This document shows, in pieces, positions 59,476 to 64,000 of a stretch of DNA of 64,000 bases (the first letter of the stretch is position 1; the number at the start of each line of letters is the position of its first letter). Under the pieces are notes generated by a model that did no database searches, was not told the DNA's origin, and worked only from the letters and a program-made list of their open reading frames with translations. The DNA lies in the NCBI GenBank assembly GCA_051011415.1, contig JBPCTY010000047.1:17946-81945 (forward strand). The letters run 5' to 3'. The position numbers and the translations under genes were made by a program. The stretch is from Acidimicrobiia bacterium (GTDB lineage: Bacteria; Actinomycetota; Acidimicrobiia; Spongiisociales; UBA5794).

Positions 59476-59559
59476 CAAGCTCAAGGCCAAAGCCAAAAGC
59501 TCAAAGCTAAAAGCTCAAAGCGGCGAGCAAGGGAGCGAAGCGACCGAAGCGAGCAAAGA
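59476..59559. repeat. Right arm of the long imperfect inverted repeat
   Basis: Reverse complement of 58947-59031, as described for the left arm. Confidence 0.85.
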
Positions 59560-59667
59560 TCTGTCCTCAACATTCCTCCGGCGAATTCCAAGCAAAGGCA
59601 CGTGGCGCATGCCTAGTGTGCCGCAGGAAGCGACAGGCCCACCTCGGTGTGGTCTCTTGGAAGGCAC

Positions 59668-61248
59668 ATGACCGTCGAGGTCCGAGAGCATCAGAAGACC
59701 CCGCTGTGGCGGAATGGGATGGTCCTCAAGTGGACGGCCCAAATCGTCGTGCTTCTTGCGGTCATCGGTGTATTCGTGACCCTGGTTTCGCAAGCTGCCG
59801 CAAACTTCTCTGATTCCGACGTTTCCTTCGGATGGGAGTGGCTGTCCGATCCAACCGGTGTGCAGATTCGAGAAGGCATTGATACAAGCCCTGACAGCGG
59901 TGTCCGTGCCCTCACCGTGGGAATCATCAACACCCTGCGGGTGGCGATATCGGGAATCATTGTTGCGACGCTTCTCGGAACACTGATTGGTATTGCCAGA
60001 CTGTCCAGCAACTGGATCGTCAACAAGATCGCAACCGTCTACATCGAGACGATCCGCAACATCCCACTTCTCGTCCAGATCTTCTTCTGGTCGGCGATCG
60101 CAATCAGCCTTCCCGCACTTACCGCGGACGATGTGGGCGAGTATTGGTTCAAAGCTTCCAACAAGGGCTTTGGGCTTGCCTGGATCTTTCCTGACGGTGG
60201 CTTCTGGCCATGGCTGATATTCGTGATTGTCGGCTTCTTCGTCGGGAGGATGGTCTCCAAGCGTCGGAAGAAGTATCAGGAGGACACCGGCAATCCGGGC
60301 AATGGCGGGCGCTACATGACCTTGATCATCGTGGCATTCGGCATTCTCGGCTGGTTTGCCTGGCCGATTCTTCAATGGATGGAACCGGTTCTGAATGCAA
60401 TCGGGGACTTCATTGGCGGTCTGCCACCGATACTCGTACCGATCATCCTTGCGGCGATTTCCCTGCTCACGGCCGTGTGGTGGATTCGGAACTTCTTCGA
60501 GTCGCGTCGGACGCCTGCAGGCTTTGGAAAGATGACGGACGACGACTGGTTCCGAGTGATCTTCGCCGGCGTCAGCGGGATCGTTCTTGCACTGCTTGCG
60601 TTTGTTGTCGGAGGCTTCGAGATCAAGACCGTCTCAGGCGAGGTATTGACGACTGCTGAGCTGGTTCTTTCCGGCATCAACAACTTCTTCGGCTGGCTTG
60701 CAGCAAGCTTCAACGCCGATCTGTACATGCAAACGATTGAGGGCGTGCGATCCGGCGGACCACTCGTGTTCGAGAAGCCGCAGGTGATTCTCAAGGGTGC
60801 GGCGCAGATTCCACAGTTCGGCGACACAGGAATGGTCATCACCATTCCCTTCTTTGCGATCTGGACCGGCGTGACGCTGTATACCGCATCCTTCATCGCA
60901 GAGATCGTTCGTGGCGGCATCCTCGCAGTGCCGAAGGGGCAGACCGAAGCCTCCATGGCACTCGGCTTGAAGCGTGGTCAGTATCTCCGTCAGATCATCC
61001 TGCCTCAGGCTTTCCGGATCATCCTCCCACCGCTCGGCAACCAGTATCTCAACCTGGCAAAGAACACGTCACTAGGTCTTGCTGTCGCATTCGCAGACAT
61101 CGTTGCGGTCGGCACAACCATCATCAACCAGACCGGCCAGTCGCTGCCTGTCGTCGTGATCTGGATGGCGTTCTTCCTCACGCTGAGCCTGTCCATCTCA
61201 GCAATCGTGAACTACTACAACCGCAAGTTGATGCTGGTGGAGCGTTGA
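59668..61248 (+). CDS. aapQ: General L-amino-acid ABC transporter permease, unusually long
   Basis: ATG 59668 is preceded by GGAAGG. The C-terminal conserved permease core includes EAS-loop-like ...TEASMALGLKRGQYLRQIILPQAFRIILPPLGNQYLNL. Confidence 0.88.
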   Translation: MTVEVREHQKTPLWRNGMVLKWTAQIVVLLAVIGVFVTLVSQAAANFSDSDVSFGWEWLSDPTGVQIREGIDTSPDSGVRALTVGIINTLRVAISGIIVATLLGTLIGIARLSSNWIVNKIATVYIETIRNIPLLVQIFFWSAIAISLPALTADDVGEYWFKASNKGFGLAWIFPDGGFWPWLIFVIVGFFVGRMVSKRRKKYQEDTGNPGNGGRYMTLIIVAFGILGWFAWPILQWMEPVLNAIGDFIGGLPPILVPIILAAISLLTAVWWIRNFFESRRTPAGFGKMTDDDWFRVIFAGVSGIVLALLAFVVGGFEIKTVSGEVLTTAELVLSGINNFFGWLAASFNADLYMQTIEGVRSGGPLVFEKPQVILKGAAQIPQFGDTGMVITIPFFAIWTGVTLYTASFIAEIVRGGILAVPKGQTEASMALGLKRGQYLRQIILPQAFRIILPPLGNQYLNLAKNTSLGLAVAFADIVAVGTTIINQTGQSLPVVVIWMAFFLTLSLSISAIVNYYNRKLMLVER

Positions 61249-61249
61249 T

Positions 61250-63091
61250 ATGGCAGATATGACCACCGCACCTGAGCTGGAGTTCGCGCCAGAGCCACCA
61301 CCTACCGGGCCTCGGATCTGGTTGCGCGACAACCTGTTCTCCACGCCTGCCAGCAGCGTGATGAGCGTGTTGTCGATCGCGCTGGTTGTGTTTGCATTGC
61401 GCGGCTTCCTGATATTCATTTTCGATCCGCTTCGTCGATGGGACGCCGTCACATTCAATATGCGACTCCTGATGGTGCAGGCCTTTCCACAGGATCAGCT
61501 GTGGCGAGTGTGGCTGACCGTCGCGATCGTCTTCACGCTTCTGGCGGCCAGCCTCGCCGTGTGGAAGATTGGTGGGAAGCTCGAGCCACGGGTGCTCGGC
61601 AAGTCGTTGATGGGCGCAGGTGGCTTGATCGCGTTGTGCGGGTTGCTTGGCCCATTCTCGCCCGGTGCCAGAGCTGGCTGGTTGATCGTCGGGGGCGTTC
61701 TGCTGATCGCCGGCTATGCGCTGCGAAAGTTCACGGGAGACAGGGCCAAGGAAGAGATCATTCCGCTGATGGCCGTCATCGGTATCGGCATGGTGATCAT
61801 CATTGCGGTGATCTGGACGATTGAGGTCCCGGTTCCGGCAAAGATCGTGGACGGCGAAGTAATCACCGATGGTGCCGAGGCAGCGGGCGTCGTCGGCGAG
61901 CAGGTCAAGGTGATGCGGCCGGTCGCCGAATCGACCACGATGCCGTGGACGATCATCTTTGTCCTGACGGCCATCGTGTGGGGATTCTTCAAGCTCCTGT
62001 TCGGGAATAGGGACAACAACGAGGTCATCAAAAAGACGCTCACAGTTATGTGGCTTTTGGCCTTCCCTCTCCTGGTGTTGGTGCTGCTGAGGAACCCTGT
62101 GTGGGAAGGCGACATTCTGGTCGATCACGCTATTGGGTTCCTGATAGCCGGTGTGCTTGGGTCAGTGATTCTTTGGTACATCTCAAAGCCAGGTGTTGGA
62201 GAGGTCGGTCGTGTTATCGGCGCATTCCTCCTGATCGGTGCGTTCGCCTCGCTCCTCGTACCAATGCCGTTCATATGGCGCTTCCTGCTGTTTGCCCTGG
62301 CACTGTTTGCGCTTGCGGCCCCGAGCTTCGGCGGCGAGGGTTGGAAGGGCCTGATCGGCGCATGGTTGATCACTGTCGGTCTGATCACCTTCTTTGCTTT
62401 CACCACAAACACAGACTCCGGCATCGACGTACCCGGAAGCTTCTTCCTGGGTGGGCTGTCGCTCACGATCGTGCTGGCATTTACGTCCATCGTGTTGTCT
62501 TTCCCTATCGGGGTAGTCCTTGCGCTCGGACGGACCTCGACCATGCCGATCTTCAGGCTGCTTTCGACGGCCTACATCGAACTCGTCCGTGGTGTGCCAC
62601 TTATCACCTGGCTGCTGATCTCCTTCCTGATGCTGCCTGTTGCCCTCCCCGAGGGCATTGAGATCGGTGGCGTCATGCGAGCAATCGGTGCCATGACGTT
62701 CTTCTCTGCTGCCTATCTCGCAGAGAACGTTCGCGGTGGTCTCCAGTCGATCCCTGGTGGTCAGCGAGAGGCCGCTCAAGCGCTCGGTATGTCGACCATT
62801 CAGATGATCGTGTTCATCACGCTGCCCCAGGCGTTGCGTGCGGTCATTCCTGCTCTCGTCGGTCAGGTCATCGCATTGTTCAAGGACACGTCGCTGGTTA
62901 CGATCGTCGGACTATTCGACTTCCTCCACATTGCCAGAGCCGTGATCCCAGCACAGAGCCAGCCGTTCAGCTTCCTTGGCTCGATCAAGGAGACCTTGAT
63001 CTTTGCTGCGATCGTCTACTGGATGTTCACGTTCACGTTCTCACGCATCAGCCTGCGCCTCGAGAAGAAGCTCGGCGTCGGTGAGCGATAG
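61250..63091 (+). CDS. aapM: General L-amino-acid ABC transporter permease with a long polytopic N-terminal extension
   Basis: The N-terminus ...[14 protein letters not shown] resembles AapM. The C-terminal core is [34 protein letters not shown]. 613 aa. Confidence 0.88.
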   Translation: MADMTTAPELEFAPEPPPTGPRIWLRDNLFSTPASSVMSVLSIALVVFALRGFLIFIFDPLRRWDAVTFNMRLLMVQAFPQDQLWRVWLTVAIVFTLLAASLAVWKIGGKLEPRVLGKSLMGAGGLIALCGLLGPFSPGARAGWLIVGGVLLIAGYALRKFTGDRAKEEIIPLMAVIGIGMVIIIAVIWTIEVPVPAKIVDGEVITDGAEAAGVVGEQVKVMRPVAESTTMPWTIIFVLTAIVWGFFKLLFGNRDNNEVIKKTLTVMWLLAFPLLVLVLLRNPVWEGDILVDHAIGFLIAGVLGSVILWYISKPGVGEVGRVIGAFLLIGAFASLLVPMPFIWRFLLFALALFALAAPSFGGEGWKGLIGAWLITVGLITFFAFTTNTDSGIDVPGSFFLGGLSLTIVLAFTSIVLSFPIGVVLALGRTSTMPIFRLLSTAYIELVRGVPLITWLLISFLMLPVALPEGIEIGGVMRAIGAMTFFSAAYLAENVRGGLQSIPGGQREAAQALGMSTIQMIVFITLPQALRAVIPALVGQVIALFKDTSLVTIVGLFDFLHIARAVIPAQSQPFSFLGSIKETLIFAAIVYWMFTFTFSRISLRLEKKLGVGER

Positions 63092-63113
63092 ACAGGATCC
63101 GCAAGGGAGCACT

Positions 63114-63884
63114 ATGGAAAACGAAACTACAGGTGCCACAGGAAGGACGCTCGGCGATCCGATCGTGGAAACCGAGGACGTCAAGAAGTGGTTCGGTGAC
63201 TTCCAGGCACTCAAGGGTGTCACCGCGACCGTTCGCGAGCGTGAAGTGGTCGTCATCATTGGACCTTCAGGTTCAGGTAAGTCGACGTACATTCGCTGCA
63301 TCAATCGTCTTGAAGCCCATCAAGAGGGCACGATCATCGTCGATGGGACCGAACTGACGAATGACATCAAGAACATCGAGAAGATCCGTTCCGAGGTGGG
63401 AATGGTCTTCCAGCAGTTCAACCTGTTCCCACATCTCACCGTGCTCGACAACATCACGCTTGCCCCGCAATGGGTGCGCAAGCAGCCGAAGGACGAATCT
63501 GAGGAGTACGCCATGGAGCTCCTCGAACGCGTCGGGATTCCTGAGCAGGCGGACAAGTACCCAGGCCAGCTGTCCGGTGGGCAGCAGCAGCGTGTCGCTA
63601 TCGCTCGCTCACTCGCGATGAAGCCACGAATCATGCTGTTCGACGAGCCGACCTCAGCACTCGACCCTGAGATGATCAAGGAAGTGCTTGACGTCATGAA
63701 GGAGCTCGCCCTCGGTGGTATGACGATGATGGTTGTCACCCACGAGATGGGCTTTGCTCGTGAGGTTGCTGACCGAGTGATGTTCTTTGACTACGGGACA
63801 ATTGTCGAGGAAGGCACGCCTGAGCACTTCTTCACGAACCCGCAGCACGACCGCACGAAGCTCTTCCTGTCGCAGATCCTCTGA
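63114..63884 (+). CDS. aapP: Amino-acid ABC transporter ATP-binding protein
   Basis: Trimmed to ATG 63114, preceded by AAGGGAG. Walker [10 protein letters not shown], signature [13 protein letters not shown], Walker [12 protein letters not shown]. Confidence 0.94.
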   Translation: MENETTGATGRTLGDPIVETEDVKKWFGDFQALKGVTATVREREVVVIIGPSGSGKSTYIRCINRLEAHQEGTIIVDGTELTNDIKNIEKIRSEVGMVFQQFNLFPHLTVLDNITLAPQWVRKQPKDESEEYAMELLERVGIPEQADKYPGQLSGGQQQRVAIARSLAMKPRIMLFDEPTSALDPEMIKEVLDVMKELALGGMTMMVVTHEMGFAREVADRVMFFDYGTIVEEGTPEHFFTNPQHDRTKLFLSQIL

Positions 63885-64000
63885 TCTCGCTCAGGGAATG
63901 AGGCGTTCCGCTTGGTAGCTGCGCATCAGCGCGTTCGGCTCGTGGCCGGGTGTTGAGCATGTCTTCGGAGGATCTCGGAGATCTTGCCAACTACCACACA

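Larger units (their letters stand above)
58947..59559. mobile_element. IVS-like cassette (inverted repeats plus a four-helix-bundle gene) inserted between aapJ and aapQ
   Basis: A 613-bp unit of visibly lower GC than its flanks, bounded by the inverted repeats. It sits on the strand opposite to the host operon. The architecture mirrors the ORF-containing rRNA intervening sequences. Confidence 0.5.

Noticed and set aside
63890-64000. Possible 3' end of a minus-strand gene at the window edge (...GHEPNALMRSYQAERLIP*)
   Set aside because: Only about 36 codons are visible and no family can be recognised. That is too little evidence to call a feature.

Overview
This is a 64-kb chromosomal window of about 60% GC, densely coding on both strands. 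It looks like core genome of a high-GC Gram-positive bacterium (Actinomycetota, possibly Acidimicrobiia-like). Lineage markers supporting this are ribosomal protein bS22, a PAC2 protein, an LCP protein, a PPOX-type flavin/deazaflavin enzyme, an LMW-type ArsC and Lnt. I support about 62 CDS. Reading left to right: a divergent pair of UPF0104/flippase-like membrane proteins, one fused to a kinase-like domain and truncated by the window edge; an AI-2E transporter; an OmpR/HK two-component pair; two EamA and two MFS transporters; an acidic DxDGDG-repeat protein; an M23 peptidase; nitroreductase, LMW-PTP and a C26 amidotransferase; bS22; PAC2; a YyaL-type thioredoxin-domain protein; a C-S lyase; ArsC; a csoR-copZ-copA copper operon with a recognisable CsoR operator; a three-gene ABC-2 exporter; a CPBP protease; a CBS/CGL transsulfuration pair; RsgA; an SDR plus class-V PLP enzyme; LCP; IlvD; an amidohydrolase; IMPase; Lnt; a class-III aminotransferase; a crotonase; DUF4389; a membrane-anchored AlbA_2 protein; a large purine supercluster (purA-D-E-B, purC-S-Q-L, purF-M); and an aapJQMP-type general amino-acid ABC transporter. 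By eye I found no rRNA, tRNA, CRISPR array, transposase or integrase. Many ORF-track entries carry spurious N-terminal extensions or are antisense shadows typical of high-GC DNA, and I re-set starts where overlaps or family N-termini justified it. Most interesting observations: (1) an unannotated SelW/Rdx-family selenoprotein with an in-frame UGA in a CxxU motif and a SECIS-like hairpin; (2) a lower-GC cassette of about 610 bp, made of a four-helix-bundle ('23S rRNA IVS protein'/Avd-like) gene flanked by about 85-bp inverted repeats, inserted between aapJ and aapQ; (3) an Lnt homolog whose catalytic Cys is replaced by Ser; (4) a membrane-tethered AlbA_2/Schlafen-like protein translationally coupled to DUF4389; (5) a 30-codon bS22 gene below the ORF-track cutoff; (6) an SD-sequestering hairpin in a structured leader. 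All functional calls rest on motif and family recognition by eye. No database search was run.
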